Below are positions 46,021-59,290 of a stretch of DNA of 64,000 bases, piece after piece; the stretch's first letter is position 1; each line of letters begins with the position of its first letter. The notes beneath the pieces were generated by a model. It did not search any database. It saw only the letters and a list, made by a program, of their open reading frames with translations, and had not been told where the DNA came from. A program made the position numbers and the translations under genes. Source of the DNA: the human T2T-CHM13v2.0 reference genome, Homo sapiens; the NCBI RefSeq assembly GCF_009914755.1, contig NC_060947.1, one strand, 5' to 3'.

Positions 46021-47094
46021 TTTAAGAGAAGAAAGAAAAAATGGATGGAGGGGTACTGTATCACCTGCTAAATAGTCCACCTATTTAGCAGCCTGGTGAA
46101 TCTATACTAAGGGGCTCTTCTCACTCATTGCCAGTGTCGCTGGATGTGAAACCCTTTGGGTAGTCAGAAACTGAAATCCAACTCCAAGTGAGGGGCATGA
46201 TATCTAACCTTACTCAAGCCAAGAAACACTTTGCTGGGCTGTATTTCTCCTTTTCTCTCTGGCAGGGTGGGGTGGTGTTTGGTCTCTTTAAGCACACTAT
46301 ACCTCACTATACCAAACTGGAAATGTAAAGAAATCCTGTATCTTGCCCTGTGCTCCATTGTGAACCAGCACCGTGTCCACATCGATATCCGAGATGAAGT
46401 TGCTGACAGCAGAGTATAAACGCTGAAGCTGCTGCTGTAAAAATTTCCCTGACAGTGTGACTAGAAAGTAAAGGGAGTCATCATTTAGTTCAACATGGAC
46501 TGAGAGCCTTGAATGAAACTCTGTTTGAGATATTTAAATTGTACAGTACCAATAAAACACGAAGCCAAGTCAAATCATTAGAAATTCCAAGATAACATGA
46601 CAAGGTGGTCCCACCTTGTTAGGGTTTTTGATGCGTCTATGTATAAGCCAATAACTGTGCTCCATGTCCCCCAAAGAAAATCTATGCCAAGTGGTCCGTT
46701 GCTTTGTAAATTGCCACATCTAAATTAAGAAGGTGAATTAATTGTTTAAAAATGAATTGTGGTTCGTTGAACTTAGTAGTTTGCATATTACTTGGGGTTC
46801 TCAACTCTTCTTATAGTCTAGTGTGTGTAGAAAAAGGCCTCTATTCATCTCCCAGGCTTTAGGAGCTTCAGGCTGGGGCAGACACATTTGGGACACATCC
46901 CAGGCACTGACTCCCTCTGGCCTGCATTCTGCAACCTTTCTATACATGTGCCTCTGCCCCAACCAGAATCACATAGCTTATCCCAGTAACTACGGGTAAG
47001 TCCGGCCTACTCCAATGACCCATATTTTTGTTCTCTTCATCCCATTTGTCTTACTGATTGGCCAGAAAACAGCCACCTAACTCCAGAAGATTTC

Positions 47095-47315
47095 CCATTA
47101 CTTGAGCATTAACCATGTGCTCAGCAATTGTTTTAGGTATTTTCCATGTATTAATTCATTTTACACCATAAGGAATTCCTATTACTATACCCCTTTGAGG
47201 TGAAGAAACTGAGGCACAGAGAAGTTAGGTAATTTGCTTAAGATCACACAGAAAGTGAGCGTCAGAGCTGGGATTCAAATCCAGACAGTTGGGCTTCAGA
47301 GCTCAAGCTCTGACC
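47095..47315 (-). mobile_element. MIR
   Basis: gaagaaactgaggcacagagaagttaggtaatttgcttaagatcacacag core. Confidence 0.85.
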
Positions 47316-49669
47316 TCCATCATGTCTTCTCCACTCCTGACTGGAAAATGGAAGGATAATAGTACCCAGATTACAGCACTATTGTGGTGATTAAATTATT
47401 ATTATTGGTTTCTGGAGTAGGCTGGCCATTTTCTCAGCAGTGGGCTGGAATAGGGAGTATATTTTGCAAGTCAGGTGTCTGGAACAAGCATTTAGTTTAA
47501 TGAATCTAAGTGAATCTAAAGTGAAGTACTGTATAAGGAGAGTCCTATAATAGTGCATTTCATTGGGAAGAAGCTGTCTCACTATATTTACATCTAATGG
47601 AACACAAGAAGGGTCATTTTGACTTTATTTCTAAAGCTGACTCCCAAGTAGCACCTTCAATTCAAAATAAAGCTTTTCTGGTCATCATAACTTCTGGAAC
47701 GGTGTCATGCACTTGAATATGAGTGCACCCTGTTCTGAAAGCCCTTTGCCATACTTTAGTGGTGAAAGTGTTAGTAAACATCGCTTTGGTGGCTGTTTGT
47801 CCACTAGCGCATGTTGGCCCTTCACGCTCCACCTCAACCCATTAGGCACCATGTGGAAGAAATGTGTCCAGGGGAACGATTCACTACATAAGCAATGCTC
47901 TTATAAACATCAGGAACATGGGAGCTGACAGAAGGACTGCAGCGAGTTCCTGTCATCTTCTTTTACAGAAATTCATGCTGCCCAAATAAATGCTCTACTC
48001 ACTTCTGGTTTCTATGCTAGCCCACTCTGTAAATTCAAGGGATTAGATGAATGCAATATGCCCATATCCTGAAGAGCAAACTAGAGAATGGCTCAATTCT
48101 TAAAAGCCCCATAATCCTCAAGAACAAACCAAAGGCTTAAGGTAGTCAAGCTCAGAAGCTAAGAAATGAATCAAATAAACAGTTTAAACACCTTTCCCTT
48201 GGGCTTGGCTTTTCTAAAGGAGAGAAAAGGTCATCAGGGGAGCAAATGTGGCTCCTTGTTGATTAATTAAGAGCACTTAGGCAACATTCAGCAGAATCAA
48301 TCATTTGTAGCCTGAGTTTTTTTTCACTCAGACTTCTAAATTGTCAATTCGTCCCTAAAATTACTTATGTAATTTGTGCTTTTAGGATGTCAGGTGTTAA
48401 AATTACTTTTCAGTACAACCCACAGAAACCCTGACTGGGTTTATTCATTTATTTCTTTAATGAGGTAGGGATTCAGGGGAGAAATCATGGTGGACAAGAA
48501 GAGTTTGTTTTCAAAATGAGGAGAGATATGGAGAGAATGTAGCTACTGATGAGAGAAATGAAGCTCCCAGACTTTTAAGGGAAATAAGATGCACACACAG
48601 GACTCCAATAAAAGGCACCATGTGATCAGGACACAAATAGAGCCACCCAGTCAAAACCCTCACAGCTAGCTTTGGGGAAAAGGGTATCCGGTCTTGGGTT
48701 TAAAAGATAGATTTAATTTTGGCAGATGAAGGAGACAAACTGAATAACTGCCAAGTGGGGGTCACTCAGAGAAAGGCCAGTAGCCCCTCTGCACTGGAGC
48801 TGGGTGGGAATGACAGGAAGGAGGAGGAGGAAGGAGCTAAAAGTGTAAGTTAGAATCAGAGTGGATTACAGATAGGGTGAACACCAAATGGGCAAACTAA
48901 TTAAAAGGCTATTACAAGAGTGCAAGACAGGGATGAAGGCCTGAACTGGGGGTAGGAGCAGGGTGTGAGGAGGACGCAGTGGGGAGAAGCATCACAGAGA
49001 TAGTCTCAAAGGTCAAATTGAAAAATCGGTGGTGATGCCACACAGTGAAGCCAAGATAAGCAGCAAGCATTCTCACTGTACCACCTCCTGAAGCCTTCTC
49101 CCCAAACGGGAGTCAATTATGATTATACTGCAAAGGAGTAAATGAGAGATTAGTATGGGAGGCCCCAGCTGACTGAGTCAAAGAGTAAAATGAACATGCA
49201 GTCACTTCAGGGGCCTATTTGACTATGGAAGGGACATGTAGTGCTGAGGCAGTGTGCCAGGTGTGGCAGCAGCAGGCAGCACAGCTGGCAGTGTGCTCTC
49301 AAATCAGCAACAGCATTGCTGCCCACACAACATTGCCACACAGACAATGCTGCCACGCACACACAAGCCTTTGGAAAAAAACCCATTGGCACATGAGTGC
49401 TCCACTATGAGTAGAGTGGTTTCAGTAGCAACATTTGTATCTGCATTTCTATTCCTTGGGATTCTTAGAATTATAAAACTCAAGGCTAGACTGGACCTCA
49501 ATTTTCGACTGGTCCAACCATTAGAATCCTTTCTATAATGTTCCCACAAAATGGTAATGCAGTCTGTCCTTGAATATCTCCAGGAATGGGGAACGCTAGC
49601 CCCATCTTTGGCTAGCCCTGCTATTGCTTCTCTTTTGTCCACTCTTCCCTAGCAATTACTGTGTCAGTA

Positions 49670-49835
49670 ACTATTGAAGGCGCTTTGCCAACTTGATTGC
49701 ACTTAATCCCCACAACGTCAAATTTTACAGATGAGGAAACTGAAGATCAAGGAGAGAAAGTGACTTGTCACACAGCTGATGAGTGGCAGAGCTGGGATTT
49801 GAGCTGCTAAATTTGTCTGACTCTGGTGCTTCCTC
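49670..49835 (-). mobile_element. MIR
   Basis: ttttacagatgaggaaactgaag...gtggcagagctgggatttga. Confidence 0.75.
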
Positions 49836-50559
49836 CATTAGAAGTAAATCTAAGCCAATCTGTCTCCTTATAAATCCTACCCACTACTATAGTTACAGCA
49901 TTTCTTCCAGGGAAGAGGATGCCCTCTTTGAAGTGCACTTGGAGACACAAATCTTGATCCCTTTCATCGCCTAACCACTTGAGAAACACTGACAAGACTA
50001 TCAAAATGAAAGGCAAAAATGGCCACATAGCAACACTTTCAGAAGGGTGTCCTATTCCTGACTCCTCAGTGTGGCTCTCAGGCTTCTGCTGTCCCAGGGG
50101 TCACCAATGAGCCTTCTAACCAATAAATATGATGGCCATTTCCAAGTCTTCATTTTTCATGAGCTCCAGCTTATGGAAAATTTATTTTCATTTCTGGGAT
50201 GCTTCATTCAACAAATATCTTTTGAGTGCCTACCATAACCCAGACTCTGGACTGTGTTCTAGGCAGGCACAAGATGAACCAGAAATAGTCCCTGGACTAA
50301 AGGAGTGCCCAGTCAGTCTGTCGTGGAAGACAGCTGAAAGGCAGTAATGACAATACGGGAGTCAAATGTTGTTCCACAGGACTGTCGAAGGCTCCCTTGT
50401 AGCATGAAGGAAGAGGTCACTATCTTTGCTTGGCCAGTTGGGAGAAAAGCTTCATCACAGCTGAGCTGGGCCTTAAAGGATGAGTAGAAATGTGCTGGGC
50501 AGGGAAAGTGGTGATCATATATACAAATTCCTGTGTAACATCGTCACTTAGACGCCTAA

Positions 50560-51585
50560 CATCAAAGCAAACTGAAAATGTTCAAAATAAAATTATTGGC
50601 TATTCATGCACTTTAACTTCTTCCTCCCAGAGTCTTGCCCAACTCAATAAATGGCAAATCAGTTACCCCACCTAGTCAGGCCAAAACTCCGGAAATCCTT
50701 TGTAACTTGTCTCTTAATTTCATATTCTCTGTCTGATCTGTCAGAAAATCCTTTCAACTCTGCCTTGAAAAGATATCCAGAATCTGACCACATCTCACAT
50801 CTTCCTCTGCTACCACCCTGGTCTGCTGAGCCCATCATCTGTCACCTGGGTTATTGCAGCAGCTTCCCGACTGCTCTCTGTGCTTCTGCCCTACCCCCAC
50901 CCCAGGAACCTATTCTCCAATAGGCAAAAAGCATGATCCCACTGTCATGATATAAATATGCTCATGTCTTTCCTATGTCCAAATCCGCCATCAGCTTCCT
51001 ATCTCACTCTGTGTAAAAGTCAAAGTTCTTATCATGGTTTACAAGTCACTACACGATCTAGCCCCCGTTTATACTTTGGCCTCACCTCCTATTTCTCTTC
51101 TTCTTCACTCACTGTGTTCCAGCCTCACTGGCCTCCTTATTATTCTTTGCATACACCAAAAACTTCAGGCATTTCCCCTTGTTGTCCACTCTCCTGGAAT
51201 CATTTTCCCGTAAATGTCTATACGGCTTTACACCCTCTCTTTAAGGTCTCTGCTCAAATGTCTGCCTTCACAATGAGTCCTTCCTTGACCACCTTATTTA
51301 AAATAATGTCTTTGCCCTCCAATCATTACCACCTCATTTGCCCAGCATTCTCTACCCTCCTTCCCTGATTTGCTTTTCTTTGTTGCACTTATCATCATCT
51401 AATAAACCAGATACTTTATTCATTTCAATTCTGTGTAATCTGCCTCCTGTTCCTATATAATATAAGCTCCACTATATCAAGGATTTCTTTCACTGTTTTT
51501 TTTTCTACTTTTATATCCCTGTTCTCAGAGTAGTACCTGGCACCTAAAAGGTACTCAGTGAACAGCTAATCAATGAATGAGTGAT
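50560..51585 (+). mobile_element. L2a-like 3' portion
   Basis: atatccagaatctgaccacatctcac, cacctgggttattgcagcagcttcc; ends tacctggcacct...tcaatgaatgagtga. Confidence 0.75.
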
Positions 51586-52470
51586 GACTTTCTGAATATG
51601 GGGGTGGGGAGATAGAAGGAAATGCTATAGATGTCTTATAGGTCCCAACCAGGTCCCAACTGAATATCAGTCCACCGAGACTGAGAACACACCAAAAGGA
51701 GCATATTTGCAGAGTACTAGGAGAAGACTGAGATATTTTGGATTCAAGCTACCTGTAAAACATGCAGAAAGAGTTGTACATGGGACTTTAGACTAATGGT
51801 ACAGGCACTGAGATGAGTGCCAGAGTCTATTTATCAAGTTAGGCTAAGCTTTGCTGAAATGATAACTAAGTCCCTAAATCTTAGCAACTTAGCATATCAA
51901 AGCTTGATTTCCAGGTCACACATGGTCAGATGCAGGTCACATCCTCTATCGGAAGACTCAGGGTCTAGGTTCTCTCCATATTTGATATTCCCACTTCAAC
52001 ATATGGCTTTCAGGGTCGACAGGGCAAAGAAAGAGAGCTTAAGGATAGTAAACTGACTCTCAAATGCTTCATCCTGGAAATAGTCTGTGCCACTTATGTT
52101 TGCATTTCATTGTCTAAAACCAGTTACATGGCCCCAACTAACTGAAAGGGGCCTGCAGATGGAAGTGAGTGCTACTGAATCTGTCTCAGAGATCGTGCAG
52201 AAAAGCATGGTTTTGAGCAATTTGGAGAAGTACAAGGGACTAGAGTTGCTGAAAGATTCAATGCCTTATTATGAATTATCGCTGTTACCACAAATGTAGA
52301 GTATACTGATGTCAAAAGACTATCTAAAAGAAAATCCTCTGGTCAGGTAGAACTTAACCTGAGGGAGGAGCAGAGAGCACACGGCTAAAGATACAAGAGT
52401 ACATTAATTAGGGGCTAAGGGGGGTTGTGTAACCCAAAATGATTTGAGGACAGGTGCAAGACTAGCAGGG

Positions 52471-52846
52471 TGTATTAGTCGGCTCTCACACTGTTAATAC
52501 ATACCCGAGACTGGGTAATTTATAGAGGAAAGAGGTTTGTTTAATTGACTCACAGTTCAGCATGGCTGGGGAGGCCTCGAGAAACTTACAGTGATAGCTG
52601 AAGGGGAAGCAAGCACATCCTTCTTCACATGGTGACAGCAAGGAGAAGTGCCAAACAAAAGAGGGAAAAGCCCCTTATAAAGCCATCTGATCTCATGAGA
52701 ACTCATTCACTATCACGAGAACAGCATGAGGGTAACCGCCCCCATGATTCAATTACCTCCTACCAGGTTCCTCCCACGACACGTGGGGATTATGGGAACT
52801 ACAATTCAAGATGAGATTTGGGTGGGGACACAGCCAAACTATATCA
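52471..52846 (-). mobile_element. THE1 solo LTR (THE1C/D-like)
   Basis: tgtattagtc...gagactgggtaatttat...gatgagatttgggtggggacacagccaaactatatca. Perfect 5-bp TSD CAGGG at 52466-52470 and 52847-52851. Confidence 0.93.
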
Positions 52847-53948
52847 CAGGGGTAAGGGAGTCACGTAAGAAAGCAGCCTTTCTCACCAGGTGTACCACAT
52901 GTGGCCACTCTGGCTGTGCCCTCCACAGCTCCAGGAGATATCCGTTCATGATTTGTACAGGATCAATGTTTCTCACCCCTTGGGAACAGGGGCAGGGATG
53001 CACAGAAGTTAGCCATCACCATCCTCACTGAGGGGCAGAGTAGCTGATGGCAGCAACTACCGCAGTGTAGAAATAAAGGTCTATCCATTTGCGCACTAAA
53101 ACTTCCTCCTTCAAAAAGGTCTCTGCTCCCTGTGCTTATCCCCCTCTGTTTCAGTGAGCTTCTGCATAAGGTGTTTTGCTGCTGTTGTTGGATTCGGAGA
53201 AACAATTATTTAATAGATAAATGGAAAGGTTTGTTCCACAATTAGACCAGGAGAGCTGAGGCCCTCTAGTGGCTCTATCTGGTAGTGACCGCAGCCTTTC
53301 CAGATGGAGAAAGGAGAAATCTGACTGGATAAGGGAGGTGAGGTCCCAAAGCTAGAAGTTGTGATGGAAAGGGAGTCCTTTTTGTCTGGATTCTCCCATT
53401 AACAAGTAGGCATTATTACCACCCCCATATTCCAGATGATAGAGCTGAGCTTCAGAGGCTGAGACACATGCCTAGGTATAATAGCTGGTGACAGAGCTCC
53501 AATCTAGATCTTCAAGTTCATAATCAAATGCCCCTTTAATACACTACGATACAACCTGTCCTTGGGAGAAAAACTCTAGAGTTAGTGGAGTATTCTCACC
53601 GCTCCTGCTCCTTCATAGTTAGGGAGGGAGATGCTTTTAGAAGATGCTATACCTAATACAGTGCCCGTTTCTGCAGGCTTGGGGGAGAGAGGGAGCTGTG
53701 ACCTACATAAAATGTGAATTCCGAGAAAAAGTGAAGAGAAAATATGGAACCTCAGAATCAAAAATTCAGCACCCCCTCCCTTTGTGACAGTTAGTCAAAA
53801 TTGTGGGTCACATACTGCATGCTATAAGTGAAGGTAGGTCTGTGTCTTCACTGTCAGACAGCATTCTGATTGATTTGAGGTTAGGCAATAGAGAAGGCTT
53901 TCCTGCCCTCCCACTCTCCTCTCTTGGAAAAAGGGATTTCTGTGGTAA

Positions 53949-53978
53949 TGGTGGTGGTGGTGGTGGTGGTGGTGGTGG
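53949..53978. repeat. (TGG)10 microsatellite
   Basis: Read directly from the sequence. Confidence 0.95.
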
Positions 53979-54739
53979 AAGAGTCCTTAAGGGTACATAA
54001 AAATGCTTGTCCCTCAAGTAGAATAAATGCATGAAGGATTTTGAGCCAAACACAGGAGCTCTGATACCACTTCCCACATGGAGCAGAATTTCCTCTATTC
54101 TACCCATGACAGGAGGCCATTCATTCAGTCTTTGTATAAACAGCTCTAGTAACAAATAAGGAGCCCACACTCTCAAAAGACAGCCTATTTTATTTGTAGC
54201 TCAGTGTATTATAATATAAACCCCTGCAGGAATGTTACTGTGCTCCAGCATGAGATAGCCCAAGGAGCAATTGCATATAGTGAAGCCCAAGTGTAGGAAG
54301 ACACCCTGAGAACCACAGAACTGTTCATTTTGTATGTTTTTCCTTAGAAATAGTGAATGATGAGGGCAGGGTAAGCAGAAGGGAACTCTTCTACAAAGAT
54401 TCACTTTTATTCTGGTTTCTCTTAGGAAGCCATATATAAGCACATTTCTCCAGCCTTAGACCTCAGCAGCAACTAGCATTTCACACCCATGGAAAATATT
54501 TGCCTCTTTGATGGCCCATGAGATGACGGACACACACCGATAGAACAATGGCCTTCCAAGCATGACAACTAGGGAGGGCTCATAGGTGTCAGGTTGTTCT
54601 AACAAGTGCCTTTTTCAGCATGGAAAAAAATGAGTAAAAGCATTCTAAAGTCCAGGGTCTAACTTCCATCCCCTAGTCTCAGTCTCTCCTGTTCTTGCTC
54701 TAGGTCAGGAACTCATTATTTTTAATTGGACCAGTAATA

Positions 54740-55910
54740 TAGCCTTCTTTGCTTCTGGCTTTCTTTACTTTCACTACAACGTGTCTAGGAGTAGATTTCT
54801 TTTAATTTATCTTGCCTATGACTTATTGGGCTTTTTGAATCTGTGAATTCAAATTTACAGCCGTCATCTTCAACTGGGACTTCAATTAAATATATGGCAG
54901 ACCTTCTCACTCTACTAATTGAGTCTCTCATCCTCCCTTTTTTATTTTTCCAAATAATTTGTTTCTCCAGACAGAACTCTGGGCAATTTCTTATAACCTA
55001 TCTTCCAATTCAATAATTCTCTTTTTAGTTGTGTTTAGCCTTCTCTTAAACCCATCCATTAAATTCTCAAGTTTCATTGTTATAGTCTTTAGTATAACTA
55101 CACTAGTTATAGTTTAGTTTTTCACCTTGATTTTTTTCAAAATAGCTCTATTAGTCTTTATGATTTTCTGTTCCTTACAGATATTTTCAAACTTATTTTT
55201 AATTTTTTGGAATAAAGTGAACCATAGTTATTGTAGTCTTTGTCACGTAACTCTGATACGTGAAGTCTTTGAGAGTTTGTTTTTGTTGTCTACTGGCTGT
55301 CATGGTCTATGTGTTTCCTTTTATGCCAAGTTATCTTTGACTATACGCTGACATATTTTTGAAAAATTATTGTACAAATGATTCTAGGCCCAATATGATA
55401 ATACCTTCCAGCAGAGTCTTTTCATTTGCTGGGGTATTTTCAAATGCCTGAGGATACTACTTGTCCAAGGCCACTTTAATCCAAGATCAGGGCTTTAGGT
55501 TCCTTGGACTGCCCATATGATGAGTATCTAGGTTTACAAGACCACACAAGGGCTGGTTACTTATAGGTCACCATTAACCCAAAGGGGTAGCCACTCAGGG
55601 TCTCAGCTGAGAGTGACAAGAATGCTAATCAAATCCGCTACTTCCTTGGGCCTTGAGCTTTCACTTTTTTCCTTATGATGCCACCAAAACTGCAGCTCAA
55701 TTTCATAACTCTCTTCCAGATTCAGTAGAAGCCATCAGGACAAAAGAGGATTCTAGTGCTGGGCTTTCCCCCCTGGGTTCTTGTCTTCTTCCGGATTTTA
55801 GCCTCAGTATCTCTCAGTTCTTTATGACAATTATTTCTTTCTACATTCAGCCAGTTTGTTTCATTGTCCTCACTGGAACAGCTAGTCCAAGTTACCTAGC
55901 TGGCCATTAC
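54740..55910 (-). mobile_element. Old L1M 5'/ORF1-region fragment
   Basis: ctaggagtagatttcttttaatttatcttgc...ttgaatctgtg and cctatcttccaattcaataattctct...ttaaacccatccatt are typical of antisense L1ME. Confidence 0.5.
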
Positions 55911-58279
55911 CAGAAGGAGATGTGTGCTCTTCTTGCCCCCAGTCCCTCTCCCTCCCAGTTTTTCCTTCAGTGCGAAGGTGCCACTCTGATTGTATCATTC
56001 CCTTGCACAAATCCTTCAGAAGATTACTGTTGACTCTAAAATAAAATACAATTTTTTATTTTAGAAAATTAGGACCCAGATTCTTTCTCTTGCCTCATTC
56101 ATTACACAAGAATTTATTGTACACTGAGTGTGTGTTGCTTACAAAGTCAGGTTCTGCCTAATCTCTCACCTCTTACCTATCTCACCTGTTGTCTTACCTC
56201 CAAACTTACTCTACCCTTTAGCCAAACTGGAATATTCACTGTCGTGTGCAGAGCTGGGTCAGAACACAGATGGGCTAACTTCCAGATGAGTGTTCTTTGT
56301 CCTACACCATTATCCCATATTCAGGTTTAAGCTTATTCAATCTAGATCTTTATGGATATTATAATAAATTAACTAGACAAACGCTCAATAAGTACAAATT
56401 ATAATGGCATTTTTGTATTTCTTGTTGTATTTTGGCTATCCTTTTCTTGTGAGTCAGAAATTTCAATGAAGCATTACCTCTAGGGAGACCCGAAGTAGGG
56501 GAGGGCCTTCTGGGATGTAAGTTCTGGAAGAGAATTCATCGTTGCCGTCAACTTTTTGTCAATCTTCATAGTCACAAGGGTACCTAAGAACAAAATTTCA
56601 GGCTTCAGGCTTGTTTCCCCTAACAAATGAGCGACCAGACCAATTGCCTGTGGAATTTGATTCCTCAGTGCTGGGAACATCCCACATTCAAACAAATCTG
56701 CTCCCACCTGCTGGTGGTTGCTAGAACTTCCAGTCAAAGCTGACTTAGACTGAAAACGCACTCTTCTCGAAGTAAGCAGACCTGGAAATGTGGTTTTTAG
56801 TTTTGGCCTCTGCTACTGTGTGACCTTGGGCCAATCCCTTTTTCTTCTCTGGGCTTCAGTTTCCCTACATTACAACCGAGGTGGCTGGACAAAATGCCCC
56901 GGAATGGCTCTAACATTTTTGGCAAACAAGGATTTTCTCTACAAGGACGTCTGTGTGACCAGAGGTGATGGGACAGGACTGGTAGCAGTAGAGGTGGGTT
57001 TAATCTGCTCTCATATGTGATCCTGACAAATGGGTCCCATCATCCTTTTTTCTTACTGCAATGGCCAGGGAAAGAGGGGAGATGGGAAAGAAAGGTGTGA
57101 GGGTGTTCTGCTCATTAAAAGAAGGCAGGAAACTATGAGAGACATTTTTCATAAAAGTATGGTTCTAAAATGATTTTAAAGGGGGAGTGGTAAAAGAGTT
57201 AAACCCTCAGCTGTGCAAAACTGCTTGGCCTACCAGGTAAGTCATGCTTTGCTGGGCACCAGCAATCTCAACTCATTTCATCAAATACTGAGGGGAAAAA
57301 AAGGGGGAGATGTTGTGTTTCTCAGTGAATGTTCTAGGTAACCAAAAGTAAACCTGAAATCCGTTTTGATTTCAACTCTTCTCAATGGTGTGATGTGGGA
57401 GGTGGCATGCCGGTGAACATGGCAGCTCTGTTTGTTGATTACCCATTTGCCCTATGGGCTCTGGTGAGGCCACTTTCTAAGCTTTCTGAACTTGCTTTGT
57501 CATGGGATAGGAAGGACATAGGAAATTGGGTGGAGGCATTTCTTATCCTCCACGATTTTTCTGTCCCATAGGGGCAGTGTCTGAGGTAGTGGAAAGAATA
57601 AGAGCCCTCTAGTCAAGATGTCAGGCTTTTCCATATGATGGGGTCAGAACCCAGGAACATTGGCATACCCTGGTCTCCAGTGCCTAACTCCCTTGAACAC
57701 CCCAAACACTGACCTTGGCCTTTTTTTCCCCTTCTATGGTGTCAGCCATGAACCTTCATTCTGCATCCCCTGGCTGATGAGACACAACCACATCTCAGAG
57801 AGACCCCAGTTGGTGAGCCCTTCCAGTTCCTTGAGTCTTTTTCCTGAGTACCCAAAGTTGGGGTGAAGAGCACTCTAGGAAATTTAAGTCTTAAGCAACT
57901 CTTGGGCTCCTGTAGCCCAATGTCCATCCTGAGGGAGGAGCAGTCCTGCTGTGGCCAGAGCCCTGTAACAAAACCCATTAGGATCCTCCTTGACCTTATC
58001 CAGAGACAAGGCACGCGGGGTTACTGGAGGCTCAAGGGTACGGAGTCACCAGCCGTTGGGTACCTCCTGACGCCCAAAATTGTCCAAGTCTTTCAGAATG
58101 CAGATTCAGCCATGGCGGTCAAATTACCACACTCCCTTCACCATCAAATACAACTCTCGGGCACAGGCCCTTTCTTCCAAGAAAAACACACATTTCGCAT
58201 TTTGCAGAGAAGAGACAGGACCCAGTGCCCCTTGAGGCGGATTCCTGGCCCAGCCCCCAAGGAGCCAGCCCTCCTCCCC

Positions 58280-59290
58280 CTCCCCCAGCCCGGCCCCGCC
58301 CTGCCTGTGTCTGGAGATGGCCGGGGGATGACTGCAGAAGCCTGAAGGGGCGGGGGCCGGGCGGCGCGCAGGCTACGGGCGGAGGCAGGAGCGCGCGCCT
58401 TTTTGTGCGGCTCCTGGCAGCTGTCCGATTGGCTGGGCCTGCGATGCCGTCGGAGTGGGCGGAGCCAGCAGCGAGCTGGGATCTGTGCCCAGTCGCAGCC
58501 AGGAGCGGCCGCAGACGGAGCGCACCTCGCAGCTGCCGGGCGGGCCCTGGGGGGAGCTGCGTCCAGCAGAGCTGCTGGGTGGTTGCTCCTCCCGGGCTCT
58601 CATCTCCGGTATCCGGGCCGACCCCCGCACCCCCTACTTCCCTTGCCCTCGCTGCTCTCTCCTTAGAGGCGACTCTTTGGGGAAGGGCCAGCAATCCCGC
58701 CTTCCCCGGCCCCAGTAGTCACCCACTCTCCCACCCCACCTCTGTTCCTTTTCGCGGCCCCGTCTCCCGCGCCCTCAGGCGCCCAGAACGCCCCGGCCAT
58801 GGGCATCCGAGGCATGCTGCGAGCCGCAGTGATCCTGCTGCTCATCAGGACCTGGCTCGCGGAGGGCAACTACCCCAGTCCCATCCCGAAATTCCACTTC
58901 GAGTTCTCCTCTGCTGTGCCCGAAGTCGTCCTGAACCTCTTCAACTGGTAAGCGGGCACCGCCAGGCTAGGCACGGCGGGGACGGGAATGGAGACGGGCA
59001 GACGACCTCTGGCCTCTTGGACGGAGCGGGCTGGGGGCGACTCGGGCTGGGGGGTACTCGGACCCGGGCTCGCTGAGCCCTGGCGCCCGGGCCCTGCCTG
59101 TTGGCCCCTAGAAGGGGTAAGGTGGGAGTGGGGTGTTGAAATGGAGCCCTGTGCTTCCGCCCACCTGTTACTGCGGAGCTTAACTGAGCCCTGCGTGTGC
59201 CTAAACCGCAGCCCGAGGGGTGGGGGCGGGGGTCGCCCTCGTCCCAGGATCTGTCCATCCATCCCCAAGGATTTAAGGTTCCCGGCAGCT
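58280..59290 (+). promoter_or_regulatory. GABRQ: CpG-island promoter of GABRQ
   Basis: Abrupt rise in GC and CpG content. GC boxes at ~58294, 58347, 58377 and 58457; E-box CAGCTG at 58418; reverse CCAAT (ATTGG) at 58428; initiator-like CCAGTC at ~58489-58494; no TATA box. Confidence 0.88.
58799..58947 (+). CDS. GABRQ: GABA-A receptor subunit theta, coding exon 1 (signal peptide)
   Basis: Strong Kozak gccATGg. Encodes MGIRGMLRAAVILLLIRTWLAEGNYPSPIPKFHFEFSSAVPEVVLNLFN(C), 149 nt, with phase-2 donor TG|GTAAGC. Recognised as the GABRQ N-terminus. Confidence 0.96.

Noticed and set aside
52471-52846. THE1 LTR as an alternative GABRQ promoter or PRDM9 hotspot
   Set aside because: The LTR is oriented away from GABRQ, and its motif reads CCTCCCCAGCCATG rather than the hotspot-associated CCTCCCTAGCCAC.
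53803-54176. Poly-Gly / poly-Pro ORFs
   Set aside because: Translations of the (TGG)10 microsatellite.
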